Shown here piece after piece: positions 1-10,579 of a stretch of DNA of 64,000 bases. Made by a program: the position numbers and the translations under genes. The DNA is taken from NCBI GenBank assembly GCA_038087875.1, contig CM075989.1:14324001-14388000 (forward strand), given 5' to 3'. Positions within the stretch are counted from its first letter, which is position 1. The number at the start of each line of letters is the position of its first letter. This DNA is from Malacoraja senta. Taxonomy: Eukaryota. Under the pieces are notes generated by a model. The model saw nothing but the letters and a program-made list of their open reading frames with translations. It ran no database searches and was not told where the DNA came from.

Positions 1-713
1 GCATATAATTAGTTAGTTACCTAATTGTAGCTAATTACAAAATTCAATTACTAGATCTAAACATTTATCAATTTCTTAAGAATAGATTAACATTTTTAAA
101 TAGCCTAAGTGTCCAAATAACATTCACACAAGAATTCACAATATAACATAATTTTTAAATCTCATTGTCATGGATTTACAGGCCAAATGGAAGGAATTTA
201 ATGTTTAATACCTGTAAATTAATGGCCATTTAAATCATCTTGCGAGTTGGGTTTTCTGGAACGCGATCATTTGGAACGTTGATTTGCGGTGAATTTAAAC
301 CCGTATCGACATGAAAAATTCTGCCGTTAGTTCAGGGAAAAGAATTACCGTTTCGCATTAAAAAATGTGAATTAAAGGCTTCTTAAGAAGCACTTTTATA
401 CAAAAAAATAAACTGCTTTCGTTTACCTGTCCCGTGTGTGAAATCCGTCCCCGTTGTTGGCGTTGACGGCTTCAGAAGCTGATTTTAAAATGACTCCAGC
501 GCTGACATTGTCGATCGAATAAAAATAAAAAATACACAAAATGCCGTCGGAACGATTTTTCAGCATACGCTTGCACTCCAACGAAATATTAACCAGGACA
601 AGGTAGGAGAAACTCGCGTTTTAACCCCGCCCCCCCCTCAAAGGCGCCAAAATCGCGCACAGGGCCTGTGGCAGAATTACAGCGCCGCTGAAGGTAAGTA
701 TTGTAACATACCT
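1..713. mobile_element. Right portion of an unclassified non-autonomous DNA element, cut by the window start
   Basis: CpG-rich, non-coding stretch ending sharply at ...aaggtaagtattgtaacatacct, where Harbinger-MITE-type tagtcgtagc repeats begin. The left end is not visible. Confidence 0.45.
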
Positions 714-964
714 AGTCGTAGCTTGTCGTAGCTTGCTTTCTGTGATCATGGGTGTAGTCGTCTGCAAGTCGAAGGTGGTCGTCTTCAGTCCCCACTATTG
801 GGTCGCCAATTGTCATGAGTGCATCGGCGATTAAGTTGTAGATAGTCGTAGCTTGTCTTCTACATAGTCGTAGGATGTCTGCTACACATTCACTTTTCGG
901 CGATTCAACAAGACTATGACAGTCGCCTGCACTCGCAAAAGAAGTCGCCTGTGAGACAGGCCCT
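714..964. mobile_element. Right end of a PIF/Harbinger-type MITE
   Basis: Ends in ...tgagacaggccct followed by TAA, with internal (t)agtcg repeats like the other AGGGCCTGTC-ended elements in the window. Confidence 0.7.
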
Positions 965-1535
965 TAATGTCTTTCCCATCCACCGATACATCCAAAGTTC
1001 AAATGGTAATTGTACCCACATCAGACAGTTTAAAGAAATTGTATTACATTTTCTCAGTAACTGGATATGACCAAAGCATTTGTAGCTGCAGCATTCCATA
1101 TTTTTGATTTGACAAAAGAGCAGACAAATCAGCAAGAAGTGCTATTCTCCCGTTAATTTTATTCAAAGGAACGCGTCAGTAATACTTGAAGGTCAAAATA
1201 CAATTAAATTTACTGAGGAATGCATATCGATGTATTGGTGACGCATGTATCAACGTAAGCGTTATCAGTGGCAGTTAACAAATTGTTTTCGTCTCAGAGG
1301 AATCACGTGATAAACGACTCCAATCGTTCTGCAGTACTCATTAAACCCGAGAGCTTTTTAAAAATATAAAATTCCAAGGTGGTTCTGTTCCGTGTATTGT
1401 ATGAGGAATGGATGAGCGCCTTGCTACCGTTTATCATTACCAAAGGATGACATAAGCCCTGTTGACATCACGAGATTTCGCTAACACAAAAATGACTCAA
1501 AAAGGCATTTACCTATGATTAGCATATCTTTACTA

Positions 1536-2050
1536 CTAGACTAAGTGGGACCCATTGGGTCCCAGCTTCACACGGGAGGGCTGGTTCCCCAACACAATAT
1601 TCCACCTCTCAACCAATTCCAAGATTGCTGGCCAGTGTGGGGGGGGGGGGGCTTTCTGGGGTGCTAGCATGGGTGTTGTGGGCCAAAGGGACTGGTTTCC
1701 AGAGGGATAGTATGGACATTGTGGGCCGAATGGATTCTTGGGCAGGCAGCTCAGTCACTCAGGCCTGGCAGCTCAGTAACTCAAGCCTGGCAGGCTGGCA
1801 GCTCAGAAACTGCCATAAATCCTGCCGAAAACAGGTGAGAGACTGTGAGAGAGAAGGGGAGAGGGTGGACAATCAATTTTAGACATTTTCATCTTTTACA
1901 GTTACAAAAGGCACACAGTTGCAAAAGGCACAGTTGCAAAAGGCACACGGTTGTTAAAGGTACACATTTCAAAAGCCACACAGTTGCAAAAGGCACAGTT
2001 AGAAATAAGTTAGAAATAAACAAAAAACAGTGTGGATCACATAAACAGCT
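1536..2050 (-). mobile_element. Putative non-autonomous Helitron (3' end at 1536)
   Basis: The minus strand reads GGGACCCA-A-TGGGTCCC hairpin, 7 nt, CTAG, then T, which is the Helitron 3' signature. An internal tandem repeat (aaaaggcacacagttgc) lies at about 1905-2000. The 5' boundary is approximate. Confidence 0.6.
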
Positions 2051-2422
2051 TTGATGGAAGAGAAGAGCAGCCATCAGCCACTGACTGATTGAGTGAGTCT
2101 GCTCAGTGCTATCAGGCCTGCTGAGCTCAACGCAGCTCTGATTATTGTGGCTGGCTCGTGTGAGAGTTGTTCATAAGTCTGGCGATCGTAACCCAGAGAG
2201 GACCTGTATCCTTTTATACCCTGGGGATGTCTGAAAGCACTTCACAGCCAATGTGTTTATGAAGCTTAACCCTATTGCACAGTTAACTTGTTTATCTACA
2301 TGTAGGATCTGTAATGAAGGCTCATTAATACCTTTTTTCGCACACATTTAAGGTGCATTTTTTAAAAGAATGTAACTTTTGCCTGCATTTCAAAGCTGTA
2401 AAGCCAAATATCATTTTCCTAG

Positions 2423-2560
<138 letters not shown>

Positions 2561-2844
2561 TAGTAAAAATGACCATATTCTTTTTTTTTCATGGGGGGCA
2601 ACATTTTTTTGTTTTATTCTATCTTATATGGATGTTTCAATACTTATAATTTGACCCTGCACAAGTTTGCTGTGGTGGTTTGACCCTGTTAAAAGTGTTG
2701 ACTGCAACAATGGATTGCTGTGGAGTTTAATGCACCATATAGTGCCATTTACAGACGGTCATTTTTTTCATACAGATCCAATCCTCTTATCTAATCCCCT
2801 TATCTTTTCTGAAAGAAAAATACAAGGGGCAAGCCATTTAGAAC

Positions 2845-3097
2845 GGAGACTAGGAAACGCTTTTTCTCACAGAGAGTGGTGATTCTGTGGAATTCTCTGC
2901 CTCAGAGGGCGGTGGAGGTCAGTTCTCCGGATACTTTCAAGAGAGAGCTGGATAGGGTTCTTAAAGATAGCGGAGTCAGGGGATATGGGGAGAAGGCAGG
3001 AACGGGGTACTGATTGGGGATGATCAGCCATGATCACATTGATGGCGGTGCTGGCTCGAAAGTCCAGATGGCCTACTCCTGCACCTATTGTCTATTG
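2845..3097 (+). mobile_element. CR1 LINE 3' end fragment
   Basis: FF.QRVV.LWNSLP coding end, 3' UTR, and (ctattgt)n tail, similar to 8130-8380. Confidence 0.9.
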
Positions 3098-4481
3098 AAA
3101 TTAATATGTTGGTTAATTTTAATTGCAGAACATATTTTATTAATACAGAATCTTTGGGTTAATGTTCTGGATAAGTTATAGGCTATCTGAACCTGGATGG
3201 CATAAACTAGCTGTCTCAATGCAGTTGATCATTGCATCACACATGGTAACATGCTAAATGTGGGCAACTTTAATCCCCAAAACAATGGAGAGGAAGGAAT
3301 GAAGGATTGGCACTGTTGTGAAACTGAGGGTAGAGATTAGAAACCAGAACAAAGACAGTGAACTGGAACAGTTTTTCTTTATCCAACACCGTGGTACTGA
3401 TAATCTGTCCATTTCCAGGATTAATGGGGGTGAGATATGGACAGGTAGACCCCTTTGACCCCAGTTACTTCATTTCCACATTAGCAGGCTGAGGGGCTTT
3501 ATATTGACCTTCCATTTAGTTTAAACCTTGACCAGTTGGTTCTCCAGGACTTGGGAATCTTGGCCACCAAAGGGAGAATCATCGATATATGAGATGTACC
3601 TTTCCTGTTATCTACTTGATCCAGTTTTCCTGCCATGCCTATTCCAGCATCTATCTCACCCTCCAGTTCCCATTGTTCACTGATCTCCAGGGCATGGACG
3701 AAAGGAGAGGACAGAATGAAAAGGCGAAAAATGTGCCATGATTTAATACCTCTTTCGAAAAAACTGTTCGGAAAGAAAACTGCCTGTGGGAATATGTTGG
3801 TTTAATGGAATACCTAGTATGAGAATGAACTGTTATCCTTGTGAGCAGTTATTTAACATTTGGAATGTATTATTCATGCCAATGGTAATACAACAGCCAG
3901 TAAAATGAATATGAAGTAGAGCTCCGGACAAATGAAAATTCTGCAGTGCTTATCAGAACCAATAAATTGTATTCCTTTCCCTTTTGACTTAGAATTCAAC
4001 TTGGAACTTCTTCCTCAGAGTAAAAAACTGCCCCCCACAGCTCCTTCCAACTTTCTCTCTCTAACCTTAAGGGCCTGTCCCACTTGGGCGACCTAATCCG
4101 CGAGTTCTGGCGAGTGTGCCCTCGACTCATACTCGCAGCATGGTCGACACGGGGTTGTAGGAGGTCTTCGTAACTCTCCTTCATGCTCGAGAGTGGTCTC
4201 CGCTTACTCGAGGCCTTAGCTAGGTCGCGGCGTTTTTTTCAATATGTTAAAAAATCCCCTAGAGTAAAATAATGTTGTCATGGAAAAAATCGATACTTTT
4301 TTTACTCATAGGTTTAGTCGTAGTAGGTCGCCATGTTAGTCGTAGGTAATCGAGTGTAGTCAAAGGTAGTCGAAGGTAGTCGTAGTCGAAGGGAGATCGA
4401 AGGAGGTCGTCTTCATTCTCCAATTTTCCTGAAGTTAGTCGTGGCTAATCGTAGCTAGTCGAAGCTGGTCTTCAACATAGA

Positions 4482-5165
4482 GGCAAGGGGCACAGGCAGG
4501 GACTAGAGAGTACCCCGGTGGCTGTACACCTTGACAATAAGTACTCCTGTTTGAGCACTGTTGGGGTGGACAGCCTACCTGGGGGTAGCGACAGCGGCCG
4601 GGCCTCCGGTATAGAGACCGGTCCTGTTGCTCAGAAGGGTAAGGAAAAGAAGAGGAGGGCAATATTAATAGGGGACTCTATAGTTAGGGGGTCAGACAGG
4701 CGATTCTGTGGACGCAGTCGGGAGACCCGGATGGTAGTTTGCCTCCCTGGTGCCAGGGTCTGTGATGTGTCCCAACGTGTCCAAGACATCCTGAAAGGGC
4801 AGGGAGAGGAGCCCGAGGTCGTGATACATATAGGTACCAATGACATAGGTAAAAAAAGAGAAGAGGTCCTGAAAGGAGAATTTAGGGAGTTAGGAGGGGA
4901 GTTAAAGAGAAGGACAGCAAAGGTAACAATCTCGGGATTACTGCCTGTACCACGCGACAGTGAGAGTAGGAATGGAGCGAGGTGGAGGATAAATGCGTGG
5001 CTGAAGGACTGGTGCAGAAGGCAGGGATTCAAATTTCTGGATCATTGGGACTTCTTTTGTGGAAGGTTCGACCTGTACAAAAAGGATGGGTTGCACTTGA
5101 ACCTGAGGGGGACCGATATCCTGGCGGGGAGATCTGCAAAGGCTACTGGGGAGACTTTAAACTAG
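4482..5165 (+). CDS. CR1 ORF1 C-terminal part, SGNH/GDSL esterase domain (N-terminus lost)
   Basis: Motifs IGDSIVRG, CLPGARV, HIGTNDI and DGLHLN. The frame is open from the insertion junction. Confidence 0.92.
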   Translation, partial: GKGHRQGLESTPVAVHLDNKYSCLSTVGVDSLPGGSDSGRASGIETGPVAQKGKEKKRRAILIGDSIVRGSDRRFCGRSRETRMVVCLPGARVCDVSQRVQDILKGQGEEPEVVIHIGTNDIGKKREEVLKGEFRELGGELKRRTAKVTISGLLPVPRDSESRNGARWRINAWLKDWCRRQGFKFLDHWDFFCGRFDLYKKDGLHLNLRGTDILAGRSAKATGETLN

Positions 5166-8100
5166 AATGGTTGGGGGGAGGGACTCAAATAGAGAATGCT
5201 ATTAGACAGTGTGTGAGGCAGGAGGCAGAGAAGGAAAGCACTCAGACCCAACATGTAGGGGGGAAAGAAGAAAACAATAATAAACAGAGAATAAGAGGTG
5301 GTGGGGTTCTTAAATGGGTGAGCAGAGAAACAGAGGGGTGTAAAATGCGGGCGGAAGCAATAGGTAGCAAGGTGAAAGGTAAAAGTGGCAGGCAGACAAA
5401 TCCAGGACAAAAATCAAAAAGAGCCACTTTTCAACATAATTGTATAAGGGGTAAGAGCGTTGTAAAAACAAGTCTGAAGGCTTTGTGTCTCAATGCAAGG
5501 AGCATTCGTAATAAGGTGGATGAGTTGAACGTGCAGATAGCAATTAATGATTATGATATAGTTGGGATCACGGAGACATGGCTCCAAGGTGACCAAGGCT
5601 GGGAGCTGAACATCCAGGGATATTCAATATTCAGGAGGGATAGAGAGAAAGGAAAAGGAGGTGGGGTGGCGTTGCTGGTTAGAGAGGAGATTAACGCAGT
5701 GGAAAGGAAGGACATTAGCTTGGAGGATGTGGAATCGGTATGGGTAGAGCTGCGAAACACTAAGGGGCAGAAAACGCTGGTGGGCGTTGTGTACAGGCCA
5801 CCTAGCAGTAGTAGTGAAGTTGGGGATGGCATCAAACAGGAAATTAGAAATGCGTGCAACAAAGGCAAAACAGTTATAATGGGTGACTTCAATCTACATA
5901 TAGATTGGGTGAATCAAATTGGCAGGGGTGCTGAGGAAGAGGATTTCTTGGAATGTATGAGGGATAGTTATCTAAACCAACATGTAGAGGAACCAACGAG
6001 AGAGCAGGCTATTCTAGACTGGGTATTGAGTAATGAGGAAGGGTTAGTTAGCAGACTCGTTGTGCGTGCCCCCTTGGGCAAGAGTGATCATAATATGGTT
6101 GAGTTCTTCATTAGGATGGAGAGTGACATTGTTAATTCAGAAACAACGGTTCTGAACTTAAAGAAAGGTAACTTTGAGGGTATGAGACATGAATTGGCCA
6201 AGATTGACTGGCAATTAGTTCTAAAAGGGTTGACGGTGGATATGCAATGGAAGGCATTTAAAGACTGCATGGATGAACTACAAAAATTGTTCATCCCAGT
6301 TTGGCAAAAGAATAAATCAAGGAAGGTAGTGCATCCGTGGATAACAAGGGAAATCAGGGATAGTATCAAAGCAAAAGATGATGCGTACAAATTAGCCAGA
6401 AAAAGCAGCATACCAGAGGACTGGGAGAAATTCAGAGACCAGCAGAGGAGGACAAAGGGCTTAATTAGGAAAGGGAAAATAGATTATGAAAGGAAACTGG
6501 CAGGGAACATAAAAACTGACTGCAAAAGTTTTTATAGATATGTGAAGAGAAAGAGATTAGTTAAATCAAATGTAGGTCCCTTGCAGTCAGAAACAGGTGA
6601 ATTGATCATGGGGAACAAGGATATGGCAGACCAATTGAATAACTACTTTGGTTCCGTCTTCAATAAGGAAGACATAAATAATCTGCCGGAAATAGCAGGG
6701 GGCCGCGGGTCAAAGGAGATGGAGGAACTGAGTGAAATCCAGGTTAGTCGGGAAGTGGTGTTGGGTAAATTGAATGGATTAAAGGCCGATAAATCACCAG
6801 GGCCAGATAGGCTGCATCCCAGAGTACTTAAGGAAGTAGCTCCAGAAATAGTGGATGCATTAGTGATAATTTTTCAAAACTCTTTAGATTCTGGAGTAGT
6901 TCCTGAGGATTGGAGGGTAGCAAACGTAACCCCACTTTTTAAGAAGGGAGGGAGAGAGAAAACGGGGAATTACAGACCAGTTAGTCTAACATCGGTAGTG
7001 GGGAAACTGCTAGAGTCAGTTATTAAAGATGGGATAGCAGCACATTTGGAAAGTGGTGAAATCATTGGACAAAGTCAGCATGGATTTACGAAAGGTAAAT
7101 CGTGTCTGACGAATCTTATAGAATTTTTCGAGGATGTAACTAGTAGAGTGGATAGGGGAGAACCAGTGGATGTGTTGTATCTGGACTTTCAGAAGGCTTT
7201 CGACAAGGTACCACATAAGAGATTAGGATACAAACTTAAATCACACGGTATTGGGGGTTCAGTATTGATGTGGATAGAGAACTGGCTGGCAAACAGGAAG
7301 CAAAGAGTAGGAGTAAACGGGTCCTTTTCACAATGGCAGGCAGTGACTAGTGGGGTACCACAAGGCTCAGTGCTGGGACCCCAGCTATTTACAATTTATA
7401 TTAATGATCTGGACGAGGGAATTGAAAGCAACATCTCCAAGTTTGCGGATGACACTAAGCTGGGGGGCAGTGTTAGCTGTGAGGAGGATGCTAGGAGACT
7501 GCAAGGTGACTTGGATAGGCTGGGTGAGTGGGCAAATGTTTGGCAGATGCAGTATAATGTGGATAAATGTGAGGTTATCCACTTTGGTAGCAAAAACGGG
7601 AAGGCAGACTATTATCTAAATGGTGGCCGATTAGGAAATGGGGAGATGCAGCGAGACCTGGGTGTCATGGTACACCAGTCATTGAAAGTAGGCATGCAGG
7701 TGCAGCAGGCAGTGAAGAAAGCGAATGGTATGTTGGCCTTCATAGCAAGAGGATTTGAGTATAGGAGCAGTGAGGTTCTACTGCAGTTGTACAGGGTCTT
7801 GGTGAGACCACACCTGGAGTATTGCGTACAGTTTTGGTCTCCAAATCTGAGGAAGGACATTATAGCCATAGAGGGAGTGCAGAGAAGGTTCACCAGACTG
7901 ATTCCTGGGATGTCAGGACTTTCATATGAAGAAAGACTGGATAGACTTGGCTTATACTCGCTAGAATTTAGGAGATTGAGAGGGGATCTTATAGAAACGT
8001 ACAAGATTCTTATGGGGTTGGACAGGCTAGATGCAGGAAGATTGTTCCCGATGTTGGGGAAGTCCAGGACAAGGGGTCACAGCTTAAGGATAAGGGGAAA

Positions 8101-8281
8101 ATCCTTTAAGACCGAGATGAGGAAAAACTTTTTCACACAGAGAGTGGTGAATCTCTGGAACTCTCTGCCACAGAGGGTAGTTGAGGCCAGTTCATTGGCT
8201 ATATTTAAGAGGGAATTAGATGTGGCCCTTGTGGCTAAAGGGATCAGGGGGTATGGAGAGAAGGCAGGTACGGGATACTGA
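4982..8281 (+). CDS. CR1 ORF2: APE endonuclease plus reverse transcriptase, uninterrupted (first in-frame ATG at 5345)
   Basis: Endonuclease motifs LNARS, ITETWL, VYRPP, MGDFN, SDHN. RT motifs KSPGPD, YRPVSLTS, QHGF, DFQKAFD, GVPQGSVLGP, FADD. Confidence 0.97.
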   Translation: MEDKCVAEGLVQKAGIQISGSLGLLLWKVRPVQKGWVALEPEGDRYPGGEICKGYWGDFKLEWLGGGTQIENAIRQCVRQEAEKESTQTQHVGGKEENNNKQRIRGGGVLKWVSRETEGCKMRAEAIGSKVKGKSGRQTNPGQKSKRATFQHNCIRGKSVVKTSLKALCLNARSIRNKVDELNVQIAINDYDIVGITETWLQGDQGWELNIQGYSIFRRDREKGKGGGVALLVREEINAVERKDISLEDVESVWVELRNTKGQKTLVGVVYRPPSSSSEVGDGIKQEIRNACNKGKTVIMGDFNLHIDWVNQIGRGAEEEDFLECMRDSYLNQHVEEPTREQAILDWVLSNEEGLVSRLVVRAPLGKSDHNMVEFFIRMESDIVNSETTVLNLKKGNFEGMRHELAKIDWQLVLKGLTVDMQWKAFKDCMDELQKLFIPVWQKNKSRKVVHPWITREIRDSIKAKDDAYKLARKSSIPEDWEKFRDQQRRTKGLIRKGKIDYERKLAGNIKTDCKSFYRYVKRKRLVKSNVGPLQSETGELIMGNKDMADQLNNYFGSVFNKEDINNLPEIAGGRGSKEMEELSEIQVSREVVLGKLNGLKADKSPGPDRLHPRVLKEVAPEIVDALVIIFQNSLDSGVVPEDWRVANVTPLFKKGGREKTGNYRPVSLTSVVGKLLESVIKDGIAAHLESGEIIGQSQHGFTKGKSCLTNLIEFFEDVTSRVDRGEPVDVLYLDFQKAFDKVPHKRLGYKLKSHGIGGSVLMWIENWLANRKQRVGVNGSFSQWQAVTSGVPQGSVLGPQLFTIYINDLDEGIESNISKFADDTKLGGSVSCEEDARRLQGDLDRLGEWANVWQMQYNVDKCEVIHFGSKNGKADYYLNGGRLGNGEMQRDLGVMVHQSLKVGMQVQQAVKKANGMLAFIARGFEYRSSEVLLQLYRVLVRPHLEYCVQFWSPNLRKDIIAIEGVQRRFTRLIPGMSGLSYEERLDRLGLYSLEFRRLRGDLIETYKILMGLDRLDAGRLFPMLGKSRTRGHSLRIRGKSFKTEMRKNFFTQRVVNLWNSLPQRVVEASSLAIFKRELDVALVAKGIRGYGEKAGTGY

Positions 8282-9144
8282 GTTGGATGATCAGCCATGA
8301 TCGTATTGAATGGCGGTGCAGGCTCGAAGGGCCGAATGGCCTACTCCTGCACCTAATTTCTATGTATCTATGCATCTATGAAGGGGGTCTTCTACATAGT
8401 CGAAGGAGGTCTTCAACATGTCTTTTTTTCAAACTCTTCTAAACTCGCAAATTAGGTCGCACAAGTGGGACAGCCCCTTTAACGCTAATCCTTCTAGACT
8501 TTTGACATTTCCATCCTGGGAAAACGTTTTGGAGCCTATCTAAAACTTTTCATACTTCTATTTTTTTCTACTACCTTTGTCCAAATCGCAGCAATTTTAT
8601 TTATTTTCTTCCCCATCCTGGCCTGTGTTGGCAACATGCTGGGCACCGTGCTATGAGGCATTATGTGCTACAATGTGCTTGAATCAAGTTATGTCAAGTT
8701 ATGTTAAGTCCTGACCTATCAATAATGTATTTATTACTGCAGTATAGTACAGTTCATAATATCTCTGCCTGAACCCAGCGTACACTTCCAGCAGTTTGAT
8801 TGAGCTGGTCAGGAACAGCAGCTCTATTTAACATGGCTCTTGCTGGTTCAATTAACTTAGCAAGATTTGAGGATGAAAGCTGTAGTGCTGCTTAGGCATG
8901 TTGCAAAATTGTTGTACTGAGCTAAAGGAGAAAATAATTCTTGAGTGTCATGTGACATATCCCTCGTGACTTAGTTTGAAAGTAAAGTGGCATTGGAATT
9001 TTGTGCTCACAAATCCTTTACTTTACCACAGATTATGACTTTGTGCATGTGACATTACCACTGTTAATTTTTTTGCTTATTTGTATGATCTTTGTGGCAA
9101 AATTGTTGCTCAATTTGTGGCTCAATAAATATTAACAATTTCAG

Positions 9145-9273
9145 GTTCAAGAACTGCAAAGCCCCCCCAGAGCGAGTTCTGTCGTGAAAGATTGTGTGAA
9201 AGCCTGCCTGGACTCCACCTACAGATACATTTTTGACAATTGCTTTGACTTGTATAACCAGTTGCTGGATCAG
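9145..9273 (+). CDS. UNC13C: UNC13C-like coding exon ([43 protein letters not shown])
   Basis: Acceptor tttcAG, donor GTaata, 129 bp, phase 0/0, in frame with the previous exon. Confidence 0.95.
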
Positions 9274-10579
9274 GTAATAGATTTTGCTCTTTATATGTAA
9301 GTTTCCATGATTAACAATTTACTAGAGTATCCAAGAAATGTGAAGAAAATATTTCATAGTAATAATACAATGCAGTAGTCAAAATTACATCTGTATTAAA
9401 TGTGTATTTATTTGCAAAAGTTTAACATCTCATTATTAGGAAACATTTCATCATGAGCAACATTTTAATGAAGATATTCATTGAATAAATATTTAAACAT
9501 TTTTCATCACTTCCAGCTAGTGGAAAGATTCACTGATTAGCTACAAGTTGGCTGCTCATTATAATATCAGTTAAATATAGATGACTTTGCTATTGCAGAA
9601 AACTAGCATTGAGCTGTTATTTCCCCTCACAATAAGGTACTTTCACTTCAAAACCAAATCCAAGATAAAATAAAGTATCGGTGATAATTTAGACTCATAC
9701 TTGAAGAAAAAAGACAGCCACATGGAATTATCATGATAATGTGGCTATGCAATGTACTTGGCAATGCAATTTCCTCTTTTGGTTGCGTTTCATTTTAAAG
9801 TTTGTATGTATAGTTTAGATTTAGTTTAGAAGTTAAAGTTGCCGACTTAACTTCCTCAAGTTATGTCGGCAACCATGAATGAAATCTTGCTGAATGGCCA
9901 CCATGATGAGGCAATCGTATTTAGATAAATAAACCTTTCCTGTTGGTAGTGCACAGACAAGGAGTTTAGTTTATGATCATGTGTACCGAGGTACAGTGAA
10001 AAGCTTTTGTTGGATGCTAGCCAGTCAGCGGAAAGACAATACATTGATATGAACAGTGGGATAGTAAAGTACACAGAATTTAAAAATACATCAGTGACTA
10101 AAAAGTCAGCCCAAAAACTTCACAAGCAAACAAGATGGACAAAGGAACAGCAAGTAACATGGGGAGGTGGGATGATAAATAATAATAACACTGGCAAAAA
10201 TTGCTGTATTTTGAACAAAGGTAAGCAAGGGATCGTGTGGAATAGCTGCTAGGTGTTGGGGAGTCATTGGAGTAGGAGATAGAGTACCAGATGATCAACA
10301 GAGAAGTGGCATTTGCGTGTTAAACAGTTAATGTAAATGTGTCATTATATTTGTGATGAGGAATGGGAGATGGTGATATTGTACTATAAGTCGAACAATA
10401 GGAGAAAGCTGGTCATCTGGAAGGTCTCAGTCACCTGCTCACCAATAAGCACAAACTCAATTTCCCATTTGTCAAAGGCTGATTCCTCCTTGGATGGTCA
10501 GCAGCAGGTTGAAAATGAGAGCCATCGCAAGAAGTCAAATTGAAACAACAGCTGAATCTTCATAAATTCCATCCAAGTG

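Larger units (their letters stand above)
4481..8380 (+). mobile_element. Young CR1-clade LINE, 5'-truncated within ORF1
   Basis: Contains the ORF1 esterase, an uninterrupted ORF2, a 3' UTR and a (tttctatg)-like octamer tail. No TSD seen. Confidence 0.97.
4070..8478. mobile_element. PIF/Harbinger MITE (about 0.5 kb) split by a CR1 LINE insertion
   Basis: TIRs AGGG(C/G)CTGTCCCACTTG.GCGACCTAAT at both ends, TTA TSD at 4067-4069 and 8479-8481. The halves 4070-4480 and 8381-8478 are colinear with the copy at 12176-13897, which is in the opposite orientation. Confidence 0.9.

Noticed and set aside
2200..2265. Faint resemblance to ancient Deu-domain SINE tails (also about 26950-27070 and 49480-49720)
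   Set aside because: Too diverged to support by eye; needs an nhmmer search against Dfam.
4631..8298. Antisense ORFs within the CR1 LINE
   Set aside because: Shadow frames of the intact ORF1 and ORF2, with no independent evidence.
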